Of a stretch of 37,684 nucleotides of DNA, positions 8,329 through 19,007 are shown piece after piece. The stretch is from contig CAYMRO010000001.1 of NCBI GenBank assembly GCA_964392875.1, forward strand, positions 1-37,684. Direction: 5' to 3'. The first letter of the stretch is position 1, and the number at the start of each line of letters is the position of its first letter. The position numbers and the translations under genes are program-made. The notes beneath the pieces were generated by a model. That model had not been told where the DNA came from, did not search any database, and saw only the letters and a list, made by a program, of their open reading frames with translations. This DNA comes from an uncultured Demequinaceae bacterium (lineage in GTDB: Bacteria; Actinomycetota; Actinomycetes; Actinomycetales; Demequinaceae).

Positions 8329-8353
8329 CGGCAAAACAAGCGAGGATCGCAGA

Positions 8354-9478
8354 TTAATGCGGCTGATATGGGCTGACTACTACGTCTACCCGCTGGAACT
8401 CCTTGAGGTCGCTGTAGCCAGTGGTTGCCATTGACCGCCGCAGGGCTCCCATCAGGTTCGTGGTGCCATCTGCCGTTGTACCAGGACCAACGAGGATTTC
8501 CTCGAGAGTCCCAACGGTGCCAACGTGCACGCGTTCGCCACGCGGCAGAACGGGGTGGTGAGCTTCCGGACCCCAGTGCAGGCCGCGACCGGGCGCCTCC
8601 TCGGCCCGCGCAAGCGCCGCGCCAACCATCATCGCGTCCGCACCACATGCGATCGCCTTCACCATGTCACCGGAGCGGCCGATGCCGCCGTCGGCGATCA
8701 CGTGAACGTACCGGCCCCCAGATTCGTCAAGGTAATCGCGACGAGCTGCCGCGGCGTCGGCCACTGCTGTTGCCATGGGCGCGTGAATGCCAAGTGACTG
8801 GCGCGTGGTCTGCGCCGCGCCGCCGCCAAAGCCAACCAAAACGCCAGCCGCGCCGGTGCGCATGAGGTGCAGTGATGCCTGGTAGGTGGAGGCGCCGCCA
8901 ACGATGACGGGAACGTCGAGCTCGTAGATGAACTTCTTGAGGTTGAGCGGCTCCTCGGCGCCGGAGACGTGTTCCGCGCTCACGGTGGTGCCGCGGATGA
9001 TGAAGATGTCAACGCCCGCCTTGAGGACGGTGCCGTAGAACTCCTGGGTGCGCTGCGGGCTGAGGGCGCCCGCAACGGGCACGCCCGCCGCGCGAATCTC
9101 TTGGAGGCGCGCCGTGATGAGCTCGGGCTTGATGGGCTCGGCGTAGATCTGTTGCATGCGGCGCGTGGCATTTGCGCCCTCAAGCGCGGCGATCTCTTCA
9201 AGCTGCGCAGTTGGGTCCTCGTAGCGCGTCCACACGCCTTCAAGGTCGAGGACGCCGAGGCCGCCGTGCTGGCCCAATTGGATGGCCGTGGCCGGGCTCA
9301 TGACGGAGTCCATGGGGGCGGCGATTACGGGGATCGAGAACTCGAATGCGTCGATCTGCCAGCGAAGAGACACGTTCTGGGGATCGCGCGTGCGGCGCGA
9401 CGGCACAATTGCGACGTCGTCAAAGGAATAGGCGCGGCGCCCGCGCTTTCCGCGGCCAATCTCGATCTCGTTGCTCAC
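8354..9478 (-). CDS. guaB3: GuaB3 family IMP dehydrogenase-related protein
   Basis: EIEIGRGKRGRRAY.FDD, APMD, VIADGG, TGYSDLKEFQRV. TAGGCT lies 6 nt before the GTG. Confidence 0.92.
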   Translation of the reverse strand: MSNEIEIGRGKRGRRAYSFDDVAIVPSRRTRDPQNVSLRWQIDAFEFSIPVIAAPMDSVMSPATAIQLGQHGGLGVLDLEGVWTRYEDPTAQLEEIAALEGANATRRMQQIYAEPIKPELITARLQEIRAAGVPVAGALSPQRTQEFYGTVLKAGVDIFIIRGTTVSAEHVSGAEEPLNLKKFIYELDVPVIVGGASTYQASLHLMRTGAAGVLVGFGGGAAQTTRQSLGIHAPMATAVADAAAARRDYLDESGGRYVHVIADGGIGRSGDMVKAIACGADAMMVGAALARAEEAPGRGLHWGPEAHHPVLPRGERVHVGTVGTLEEILVGPGTTADGTTNLMGALRRSMATTGYSDLKEFQRVDVVVSPYQPH

Positions 9479-9580
9479 GGGGTAAGCCTACCGGCGTGTC
9501 CCAGCCACGGCGTCGGGCCTGTTGTTTGGCTCCGTACCCGGTGACTGATCCTCCGCCCCGTGCTCGCGGCGGCGCACCCG

Positions 9581-9602
9581 TGTCACACCTTCGTGCCAGG
9601 CT
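9581..9602 (+). promoter_or_regulatory. PafBC/RecA-NDp-like promoter of the exonuclease gene
   Basis: TGTCAC-N10-CAGGCT, then 6 nt, then ATG. Spacing matches TGTCGG-N10-TANNNT. Confidence 0.45.
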
Positions 9603-9608
9603 TGGTGC

Positions 9609-10346
9609 ATGACCTGGCTAGACAACCCCATGGTGGGCTTCGACACGGAAACCACCGGCATCTCCACCGCCACCGACCGCATCGTGACCGCGGCGCTCAT
9701 CACGCGCACTGGCGGCGACGTCAGCACCCGCACGTGGCTCATCGACCCCGGAATTCCCATCCCCGAGCGCGCCACGGAGGTCCACGGCATTACTACGGAG
9801 CAAGCACGGCAAAACGGCCAGCGCCCGGCCGACGCCCTGGCTGAGATTGCCGAGATTCTCGCCTCCGCGCTGGCTTCCGGGGTGCCCGTGGTTGGCTTCA
9901 ACGTGCAGTACGACTTGAGCATTTTGGAGGCGGAGTTGGCGCGGAATGGGCTGCCGACTCTCGCCGAGCGGTTGCCTGGCGGCATCCGGCCCATTGTGGA
10001 TCCGCTCGTGTTGGACCGCCACCTCGATCGCTACCGTCGGGGTAAGCGCAAACTCATCGACATGTGCGAGACGTACGGCGTTGCCGTCATTGCCGACGAC
10101 CTCCACGCGGCCGACGCCGACGTTCTGGCCACTCTCGACCTGGTGCAGGCCATCGCGGTTCGCTATCCCGCGCTCGGCACCGTTGAATTGCGAGACCTGC
10201 ACGATCAGCAAGTGGAAGCGCATCGCGTGTGGGCGCTGCACTTTGCGAGCTACCTCGCGGGCAAGGGCATCACTAACGACGTGCCCAGCCCGGAGTGGCC
10301 CGTGTGCGGGCTCGCGGTCCAAGCCAGTTCCGCGTCCACATTCTGA
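9609..10346 (+). CDS. DEDDh 3'-5' exonuclease (DnaQ-like)
   Basis: ExoI FDTETTG, ExoII FNVQYD, ExoIII H.A.AD. Confidence 0.9.
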   Translation: MTWLDNPMVGFDTETTGISTATDRIVTAALITRTGGDVSTRTWLIDPGIPIPERATEVHGITTEQARQNGQRPADALAEIAEILASALASGVPVVGFNVQYDLSILEAELARNGLPTLAERLPGGIRPIVDPLVLDRHLDRYRRGKRKLIDMCETYGVAVIADDLHAADADVLATLDLVQAIAVRYPALGTVELRDLHDQQVEAHRVWALHFASYLAGKGITNDVPSPEWPVCGLAVQASSASTF

Positions 10347-10362
10347 AGAATTTCGCACGTTT

Positions 10363-10384
10363 CCAGTGCGCGCGTTCGCACTGG
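10363..10384. terminator. Hairpin after the exonuclease gene
   Basis: CCAGTGCG-cgcgtt-CGCACTGG. Confidence 0.35.
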
Positions 10385-10421
10385 TAGAGGGGTAGATTCG
10401 GAGGCAACGAAAGAGGTCACA

Positions 10422-11684
10422 ATGACGTGGTCTGCTCCCGTTGGTGAGGGCCCCCTCGCCGACGCACGCGCCCAACTTGCCGCCGCCGTCGGGCATCTTG
10501 GTTACGACGACGGCACCCACCAGATGCTCGCCACCCCGCGGCGCGAACTGCAGGTATCGGTTCCCCTGCGCCGGGACGACGGCAGCATCGCCGTGTACTC
10601 GGGGTACAGGGTGCAACACAACTTCAGCCGCGGCCCCGCAAAGGGCGGCTTGCGGTTCGCGCCCAATGTTGACCTCGACGAGGTGCGCGCGCTCGCCATG
10701 TGGATGACGTGGAAGTGTGCGCTCGTGGACGTGCCGTACGGTGGCGCAAAGGGCGGGGTGGCCTTTGAGCCGCGCACCCACTCCAATCTTGAGTTGGAGC
10801 GTGTTACCAGGCGCTATACCTCGGAGATCTTGCCGATCATCGGCCCCGAGGTGGACATCCCGGCGCCCGACATGGGCACCAATGAGCAGACCATGGCGTG
10901 GATGATGGATACCTATTCCACGTCCGTTGGGCACACGGTTCCCGGAGTTGTGACGGGAAAGCCCGTGAGCCTGGGCGGGTCCCTGGGGCGCGCCGCAGCC
11001 ACCTCACGCGGCGTGGCGCACATTGCGATTCTGGCGATGGAATCGCACGGGATAGCCGTGGTGGGTTCGAGTGCCGCGGTCCAAGGATTCGGCAAGGTGG
11101 GCCGCGACGCAGCCCGCTTCCTCGCGGATTCAGGAGTTGCAGTTCGTGCCATCTCCGACGTTGACGGCGCCATCTACAACGAGGCCGGTTTGGACGTTGT
11201 TGCGCTGTGCGCTCACGTGGACGCCGGCGGCGCAGTCGCGGACTTCCAGGGCGGCGAGCCAATGGACGGCGGGGAGTTACTGCTGCTGGACGTGGACCTC
11301 CTGGTGCCCGCCGCGCTCGAAGGCGTCATCACGGGCGACAACGCCAGCGCGATCAAAGCGCGACTGGTGGTGGAGGGGGCAAACGGACCTACCACCAAGG
11401 CCGGCGATGCGATCCTCACGGACCGCGGCGTGGTGGTGGTGCCGGACATCCTCGCCAACGCGGGCGGCGTGATCGTCTCCTACTTTGAGTGGGTGCAGGC
11501 GAACATGGCGTACCAGTGGACCGAGCAAGAAGTGAACGGTCGGCTCAAGGAGCGCATGACCAAGGCGTGGAGGGACGTGGTCGCGTTCTCCGGCGATCGC
11601 GGAATGACGTACCGCGAGGCCGCTACCGTGCTCGCCGTGCAAAGGGTGACGGAGGCACACCGCTTGCGCGGGCTGTACCCGTGA
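10422..11684 (+). CDS. gdhA: Glutamate dehydrogenase (Glu/Leu/Phe/Val dehydrogenase family)
   Basis: RGPAKGGLR, PYGGAKGG, DIPAPDMGT, QGFGKVG, EGANGP, NAGGVIVSYFEW. Confidence 0.88.
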   Translation: MTWSAPVGEGPLADARAQLAAAVGHLGYDDGTHQMLATPRRELQVSVPLRRDDGSIAVYSGYRVQHNFSRGPAKGGLRFAPNVDLDEVRALAMWMTWKCALVDVPYGGAKGGVAFEPRTHSNLELERVTRRYTSEILPIIGPEVDIPAPDMGTNEQTMAWMMDTYSTSVGHTVPGVVTGKPVSLGGSLGRAAATSRGVAHIAILAMESHGIAVVGSSAAVQGFGKVGRDAARFLADSGVAVRAISDVDGAIYNEAGLDVVALCAHVDAGGAVADFQGGEPMDGGELLLLDVDLLVPAALEGVITGDNASAIKARLVVEGANGPTTKAGDAILTDRGVVVVPDILANAGGVIVSYFEWVQANMAYQWTEQEVNGRLKERMTKAWRDVVAFSGDRGMTYREAATVLAVQRVTEAHRLRGLYP

Positions 11685-11690
11685 CCCTGA

Positions 11691-13211
<1,521 letters not shown>

Positions 13212-13407
13212 CTACAGGCCCGTCTAGTCCCAATTGGGCACCGAAAATTGGCACTTGGCATTCCCGCCAGAAGGGGGTAAGAATGGCACTAAGCGGTCCG
13301 CGACGTCGAGGATCTTCTGGAGGCGAAGCGTCCGCTGCATGGTGTTTCAAACCACGCGACGAGAGACAAAGACGCCTCCCGTTGCCCTAAGCGAATTAGG
13401 GGACTTA

Positions 13408-13698
13408 ATGGACGCGGTGGCCAAGTTGCCAGCACCGACCCAAGACCAGTGGGAATGGCAGTACGAGGGATCGTGCCGCGAGGCAGACCCGGAACTGTTC
13501 TTCCATCCGGAGGGGGAAAGAGGCTCAGCTAGGCGCCGCAGGGCGGAAGCAGCAAAGAAGTTCTGCGCCCGCTGCCCCGTGCTGGAACTGTGCCGCGAAC
13601 GGTCGCTGGATGCGCGGGAGCCGTTCGGTGTGTGGGGTGGCCTCAGCGAAGACGAGCGGCATGCGCTTCTCGCCGGCCGCATGAAGCGAGCGAGCTAG
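13408..13698 (+). CDS. whiB3: WhiB family Fe-S transcription regulator (WhiB3/WhiD-like)
   Basis: Four conserved Cys, FFHPEGERG, GVWGGLSE. ATG 13408 follows AGGGGA. Conserved groES-guaB neighbourhood. Confidence 0.88.
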   Translation: MDAVAKLPAPTQDQWEWQYEGSCREADPELFFHPEGERGSARRRRAEAAKKFCARCPVLELCRERSLDAREPFGVWGGLSEDERHALLAGRMKRAS

Positions 13699-13703
13699 CC
13701 TCA

Positions 13704-13753
13704 CAGACGAAGCGAGGGGCTTCAGTCAATTGACTGAAGCCCCTCGTCGTCTG
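13704..13753. terminator. Bidirectional terminator hairpin between whiB3 and groES
   Basis: Perfect 34-bp palindrome 13713-13746, extended by CAGACGA/TCGTCTG. Confidence 0.8.
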
Positions 13754-13764
13754 CTGTGCGTGAC

Positions 13765-14058
13765 TTAGGAAATCACGGCGAGCAGGTCGCGTGCGGAGAG
13801 GATCAGGTAATCCTCACCCGCGTACTTGACCTCGGTGCCGCCGTACTTGCTGTAAATCACCTTGTCGCCAACGTTGACGTCAACCGGAATGCGGTTGCCG
13901 TGCTCGTCAATACGACCCGGGCCCACCGCCACGACTTCGCCCTCCTGGGGCTTTTCCTTGGCGGTGTCCGGGATCACGAGGCCAGACGCCATGGTGGTCT
14001 CGGCTTCAGCCGACTTCACCACAACCTTGTCCTCAAGAGGCTTGATTGAGACCGACAC
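13765..14058 (-). CDS. groES: Co-chaperonin GroES
   Basis: [35 protein letters not shown] start at 14058 follows GAGGT. Confidence 0.96.
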   Translation of the reverse strand: MSVSIKPLEDKVVVKSAEAETTMASGLVIPDTAKEKPQEGEVVAVGPGRIDEHGNRIPVDVNVGDKVIYSKYGGTEVKYAGEDYLILSARDLLAVIS

Positions 14059-14166
14059 TGCGGACCTCACCTTCCACGAGTAGTTCCGGACATGATGCGC
14101 CTATTCCGTCGATGCCGTCGCGGGGGTCATACGAACGGAGCGCTGGCTCTACGAGCCGCAACCAAT

Positions 14167-14193
14167 TTAGCACTCTGACCCTGCGAGTGCTAA
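14167..14193. promoter_or_regulatory. CIRCE element (HrcA operator)
   Basis: Exact TTAGCACTC-N9-GAGTGCTAA upstream of groES. Confidence 0.95.
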
Positions 14194-14229
14194 CCCAGTA
14201 TCGTTCGCCTGCCGTGAAACGATGAGCTC

Positions 14230-15399
14230 ATGGACGCCGCCGACGCTCGCCTTGCCGTAAGCCCAGCGTGCCGGGCCCTTACCGACGCGATAGGTGACTA
14301 TGACGGCAAAACGGCGCTCAGCGTCGGGCAGCGTTTGCGGGCCGAGGGTGCGGCGCCGGAACTGGTAGCCGCCGCGCTCACCCAGGCGCGCTTGCGGGCC
14401 CACGCTCGGGGAAAGTTTGGCGAGTTTGCCGCCGGCATGGCTTTCCATCAGGAAGGGCTCGAGCAGGCCACGCGGCTTGCCGTGGCCGCTTTGCATGCCC
14501 GACGCTACCTGGAGGCTGGGCTGCAATCCGTCGCCGATCTCACGGCCGGGTTGGGCGCCGATTCGATGGCCATGGCGGCGCTCGGTCTACAGGTGACCGC
14601 GGTGGAGCGGGACGAGGCAACCGCGCTACTCGCGGATCACAATCTGCGGCACTGGCCAGGCACCCGAGTGGTCAACGCGGACGCGCTCGAGGTTGCGCTC
14701 CACCTGGGCGCGGATGCGTTCTTTGCGGATCCTGCCAGGCGCAATGCGCGAGGGCGCCGCCATGATCCCGCTGACTATGCGCCTCCCCTCGACCCGTTGT
14801 TGGCCTTGCGTGACGCCGTTCCCGCGCTGGGGCTCAAGCTGGGGCCAGCCGTGCCGCATGACGCGGTGCCGCCGGGTGCGGAGGCGCAATGGGTGAGCGT
14901 TGACGGAGATGTGGTGGAGCTTGGCGTGTGGTGCGGTCCGCTCGCGCGGCACGAGGGCCATGGGGCGCTCGTGATTCGTGGGGGCGCGGCGCACGAGTTG
15001 GTAGGGGATCTCCATCGCGGCGAGGTGCGCGAACTTGGCGAGTTTGTGGCGGAGCCGGATGGCGCGGTGATTCGCGCGGGACTCGTTGGGGCGCTTGCCG
15101 ACGAGGTGGGAGCCGGGCTGCTCGATGCGAGCATCGCGTATCTGACGGCGGATGCCGCGGTTGAGAGTGCCTTTGCGCGGTGGTTCCGCATTGAAGCGGC
15201 CATGCCCTTTGACGTGAAGCGCCTCGCCGCCGCACTGCATGCGCGCGGAGTGGGGTCGCTCGAGATCAAGAAGCGTGGGGTTGACGTGGTGCCGGAGCGG
15301 CTGCGGGCGCAGCTGAAGCTGCGCGGCACCGAGTCCGCAACGGTGATCCTCACGCGCGTGGCCGGCAGACACACGGCGCTCATCGCGCAACCGGTTTAG
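14230..15399 (+). CDS. SAM-dependent methyltransferase with C-terminal THUMP-like domain
   Basis: EQAT, DLTAGLGAD, DPARR, EPDGAVIRAG, LEIKKRG. Usual neighbour of groES in Actinobacteria. Confidence 0.85.
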   Translation: MDAADARLAVSPACRALTDAIGDYDGKTALSVGQRLRAEGAAPELVAAALTQARLRAHARGKFGEFAAGMAFHQEGLEQATRLAVAALHARRYLEAGLQSVADLTAGLGADSMAMAALGLQVTAVERDEATALLADHNLRHWPGTRVVNADALEVALHLGADAFFADPARRNARGRRHDPADYAPPLDPLLALRDAVPALGLKLGPAVPHDAVPPGAEAQWVSVDGDVVELGVWCGPLARHEGHGALVIRGGAAHELVGDLHRGEVRELGEFVAEPDGAVIRAGLVGALADEVGAGLLDASIAYLTADAAVESAFARWFRIEAAMPFDVKRLAAALHARGVGSLEIKKRGVDVVPERLRAQLKLRGTESATVILTRVAGRHTALIAQPV

Positions 15400-15657
15400 C
15401 TCCCCTCGCGCTGTGAGGACCTCAGGCCGGGCGAGGGCCTCATTCCCGGCCCAGTGTCCTCACAGCGCGCGTCGGCCGAGCGCGGGGAGCGAGCGCGCAG
15501 GCGCGGGACGCCGCGCGGGGGCGGGACGCCGCGCGGCCAGCTCCCACGCCCGGTTTAGCTCCCCTCGCGCTGTGAGGACCTCAGGCCGGGCGAGGGCCTC
15601 ATTCCCGGCCCAGTGTCCTCACAGCGCGCGTCGGCCGAGCGCGGGGAGTGAGCGCGC
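15391..15657. repeat. Two 108-bp direct repeats, each a REP-like hairpin
   Basis: 15391-15498 and 15550-15657, one mismatch, period 159. Each contains CGCGCTGTGAGGAC/GTCCTCACAGCGCG and GGCCGGG/CCCGGCC stems. Confidence 0.9.
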
Positions 15658-15705
15658 GGGCCGAGCGCAGCACGTGGCCGGGACCCCGCACTCCGCGAGC
15701 TGCGG

Positions 15706-16311
15706 CTACGCGCTCAGCGCCAGCCCTACGGCGAGCGCAATCATCACTACTGCAATGAGGGCGTCGAGCACGCGCCACGCGCGCGGCGTCCCAAGCACTG
15801 GGGCGAGCGCTCGCGCACCGAAACCCAGCGCCGTGAACCACGCGATCGACCCCGTGATGGCGCCGGCAGCGAAAGCCCATGGCAACTCATGACCAGCACC
15901 AACGGTGCCCATGAGGAACACCGTGTCCAGGTAGACGTGCGGGTTGAGCCACGTCAGGGCGAGGCACGTGAGCGCCACGGATCCCGCAGTTGCCGCCGCA
16001 ACGGCGCCGCCAGTAGAAGCTTCGAGCACAGCGGGGCGCCAAGCACGACGCGCGGCCATGAGCCCGTATACCAGCAAGAATGCCGCACCACCCCAGCGCA
16101 CAATGGTGAGTAGCAGTGGATGCGAACTCACCACCGCGCCCATGCCGGCGATGCCCGCGATGGTGAGCACGGCGTCGGACACTGCGCAGATCGCCACCAC
16201 CAAACCCACGTGTTCGCGCCGCAAGCCCTGCCTGAGCACAAACAGGTTCTGGGCACCAATGGCGACGATGAGCGACAGCATCAGCCCAAGGCCGGCAAGG
16301 TATGAGCTCAC
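15706..16311 (-). CDS. LysE/ArgO family amino acid exporter
   Basis: LIVAIGAQN.FVLRQG, TWLNPHVYLDT. GTG at 16311 overlaps the upstream TGA. Confidence 0.9.
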   Translation of the reverse strand: MSSYLAGLGLMLSLIVAIGAQNLFVLRQGLRREHVGLVVAICAVSDAVLTIAGIAGMGAVVSSHPLLLTIVRWGGAAFLLVYGLMAARRAWRPAVLEASTGGAVAAATAGSVALTCLALTWLNPHVYLDTVFLMGTVGAGHELPWAFAAGAITGSIAWFTALGFGARALAPVLGTPRAWRVLDALIAVVMIALAVGLALSA

Positions 16312-17930
16312 GCAGAACACTCCGCATACGGCAACTTGAGCGCCACGGGCCACGTGCCACGAGCGGGAACGTCACCGGCGAGAACGGCGGCCAACGCGCG
16401 CAACTGCTCGGAGCCCTCACCCCAAATCGCTACGTAGGCCTTGGCGTGGGATGCGGGCAAACCCCACGGGCCACCCATAGCGACCACAACGTCGGCCTTG
16501 GCGTGGCCCCTGTCCCCGCGCACCAAGGCAACGGTGGTGCCGCCTTTGCCCACCTTCACTCCGTGGTCGCGCAGCGCAGCCGCGAGTGTCTTCCGCTGCG
16601 CCGCGTTACCGCCCGTAATCGTCACCTCGTGACCCGCGAGTGCGTCGCAGTCCTTGGCCGCAACCACGATGGAGCCCTCGACAAAATCGCGGGGCCGGCC
16701 GGGCGCGACCGCATCTTGCGCGTGGTACCCCCACCGGGAAGCGAGGATCACGTGTGCCGCAGCGTCGTCGAGGCGGGCGCGGTCAAGCGAACCCTTCTCA
16801 ACCGCCCCGACCAAGGCGTCTATCGCGGCATCCGTGTTCGCGGGCATGAGCACCAGGTCCGCCCCCGCGCGAATCGCCGCTACGGTCGCCGCCCCCGGCT
16901 TGTAACGGTCCGTGATGGCTTCCATGTTCATGGCGTCCGTCACTATCAGCCCGGTAAATCCCAGCTCTTCACGCACGTACGCGTAGGCCCGCGGGTTCAC
17001 TGAAGCGGGTGCCTTCCCCCATTCGGGAACGCGGATGTGGGCCATCATGATCGCCGGCGCGCCAGCATCAATCGCAGCCTTGAACGGCACAAAGTCGCGA
17101 TCGGCAAGCGTGGCGACCTTCGCCTTTTGGCGGGGCAGCCCGGCATGCGAGTCCACCGTCACGGATCCGTGGCCCGGGAAGTGCTTGAGCACCGGCAGCA
17201 CACCGCCGGAGTCGAGTCCCTGCCATGCCGCCACCACCGTGTCCGCAACATCTTGCGCATCGCTTCCTGCGGATCGTGTGCGGATGGTCGGGTCCTCGAG
17301 GCCAATGGTCACGTCGGCATCGGGCGCCATGTCCATCGTGAAGTTCAGTTCGCGCATCTGCGCGCCGAGGCCCGCGTAATAGGCGCGCACGCTAGATGAG
17401 TCGCCGTTGGCGCCCGCCGCCATGAATGCCGACACGTAGCCAATCGCAGGGCGCAGCCGCTGCACCACGCCACCCTCTTCGTCGGTCGCAATGACAACGG
17501 GCCAGTCGCGCTTGGGGTCTGCAGTTTGTATGGCCTGATTGAGCGCGAGCACCTGCTTGGCGCTCGTGACCGCACCGCCCATGATCAGCACGCCCGCGAG
17601 GTGCCGCGACTTCACGAGTTTGGCGGCCGCCGCCGCGTCAGGGTGCGAGATGTCCGCCATGATGACCTGCCCCGCAACGTCCTCAAGGCTCAACGCCTGC
17701 GCGTCCATCAGCGCCGCGTCCCAGTCGTCTTGGGACGGCCCCCACGCGAGGTTCGGCACCTTGGGCGTGGGGCTGGGGCTATGGGTGCCCGACGTTGTGG
17801 TTGGCTCTCCCGGAGGCGTTGCCGAAGACTGGGGAGGGGATGGCGGACGCGCGCTGACCCACCAGCCGGTCCCCGCCACGGCGATGACGACGGCGGCCAG
17901 CGCAACCCCTAAAGTGGTGCCGCGCTTCAC
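16308..17930 (-). CDS. Membrane-anchored/secreted GH3 beta-N-acetylhexosaminidase (NagZ-like)
   Basis: DEEGG.V.R, KHFPGHG...DSH, IMMAH, TDAMNM. N-terminal TM followed by a Pro/Ser/Thr linker. Confidence 0.88.
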   Translation of the reverse strand: MKRGTTLGVALAAVVIAVAGTGWWVSARPPSPPQSSATPPGEPTTTSGTHSPSPTPKVPNLAWGPSQDDWDAALMDAQALSLEDVAGQVIMADISHPDAAAAAKLVKSRHLAGVLIMGGAVTSAKQVLALNQAIQTADPKRDWPVVIATDEEGGVVQRLRPAIGYVSAFMAAGANGDSSSVRAYYAGLGAQMRELNFTMDMAPDADVTIGLEDPTIRTRSAGSDAQDVADTVVAAWQGLDSGGVLPVLKHFPGHGSVTVDSHAGLPRQKAKVATLADRDFVPFKAAIDAGAPAIMMAHIRVPEWGKAPASVNPRAYAYVREELGFTGLIVTDAMNMEAITDRYKPGAATVAAIRAGADLVLMPANTDAAIDALVGAVEKGSLDRARLDDAAAHVILASRWGYHAQDAVAPGRPRDFVEGSIVVAAKDCDALAGHEVTITGGNAAQRKTLAAALRDHGVKVGKGGTTVALVRGDRGHAKADVVVAMGGPWGLPASHAKAYVAIWGEGSEQLRALAAVLAGDVPARGTWPVALKLPYAECSA

Positions 17931-18979
17931 ACCATCACGGTACTCAGCGGCATCGAGGAGTCCACCCCAATGCTGAGTCGAGACGGCTCGGCCCCCCGCC
18001 GGACTAGTGCGGATCCCAAAGCGGCGATCATCGCGCCGTTGTCCGTGCAGAACTTGATGGGCGGGATGCGCACGTCCACGCCGGCCTCCGCGCCGCGCGC
18101 AGCCGCGAGTTCTCGCAGCTGCGAGTTGGCGCTAAAACCGCCGCCAATGACAAGAGTTGACACCCCGTGCTCGCGGCACGCGCGGAGCGTCTTGGCGACC
18201 AGCACGTCAGCCACAGCGGCAGCGAAACTGGCGGCAACGTCGGGCACCGGAACCTCGCGACCAGAGTCGCGGCAGTTCTCCACCCAGCGAGCCACCGCGG
18301 TCTTGAGGCCGCTGAACGAGAAGTCGTAGGCGTGATCTGCCTGGTCTTTTGGCAAGGTCAGGGCGCGGGGGAAACGGATCGCCTCGGGATCGCCTTCACG
18401 CGCGAGCCGGTCAACATGCGGGCCGCCGGGATACGGCAGCCCCAGCAGGCGACCCACCTTGTCAAACGCCTCGCCAGCGGCGTCGTCGAGCGTGTGGCCC
18501 AGCTCGGTGACACCCAGCGGATTGCCCGTCTGCGCGCATTCCTCGAACAAGAGCAGCGACGTGTGGCCGCCGCTCACCACGAGCGCCATGGTGCGCTCGG
18601 GGAACTCGCCGTGCACCAGTTCGTCAACCACCGCATGCCCAATGACGTGGTTGACGCCGTAGAGCGGGCGATCCAGAGCGAGCGCAAGTGCCTTGGCTGC
18701 GGACGCGCCAACGGTGAGCGAGCCAACCAGCCCGGGGCCGGACGCAACCGCGATGGCATCCACATCGCTGAGCGACACTCCGGCGCGCGCGAGCGCGGCA
18801 TCAAGCGTTGGCACAAACGCCTCGAGATGCGCTCGCGACGCCACCTCCGGCACAATCCCGCCAAACCGGGCGTGCTCGTCCATGGACGAGGCGACAACGT
18901 CCGCGAGCAGTTCCGTGCCGCGCACGAGCGCAACGCCGGTCTCGTCGCACGTGCTCTCGATGCCAAGGACTAGTTCCAC
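17927..18979 (-). CDS. tsaD: tRNA t6A synthase TsaD
   Basis: [50 protein letters not shown]. Confidence 0.96.
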   Translation of the reverse strand: MELVLGIESTCDETGVALVRGTELLADVVASSMDEHARFGGIVPEVASRAHLEAFVPTLDAALARAGVSLSDVDAIAVASGPGLVGSLTVGASAAKALALALDRPLYGVNHVIGHAVVDELVHGEFPERTMALVVSGGHTSLLLFEECAQTGNPLGVTELGHTLDDAAGEAFDKVGRLLGLPYPGGPHVDRLAREGDPEAIRFPRALTLPKDQADHAYDFSFSGLKTAVARWVENCRDSGREVPVPDVAASFAAAVADVLVAKTLRACREHGVSTLVIGGGFSANSQLRELAAARGAEAGVDVRIPPIKFCTDNGAMIAALGSALVRRGAEPSRLSIGVDSSMPLSTVMV

Positions 18980-19007
18980 GCCATTACCCTAACCGCGCCA
19001 ATCCGGG

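Noticed and set aside
4254-8353. Mobile element or prophage
   Set aside because: No integrase, transposase, tRNA target or flanking direct repeats seen. Only composition and position hint at acquisition.
15391-15657. CRISPR array
   Set aside because: Only two units of 108 bp, no unique spacers of CRISPR size, and no cas genes in the window.
15413-15892. 159-aa ORF with an internal repeat
   Set aside because: A translation of the DNA repeat element that overlaps lysE antisense, with no RBS and an Arg/Ala-rich junk composition.
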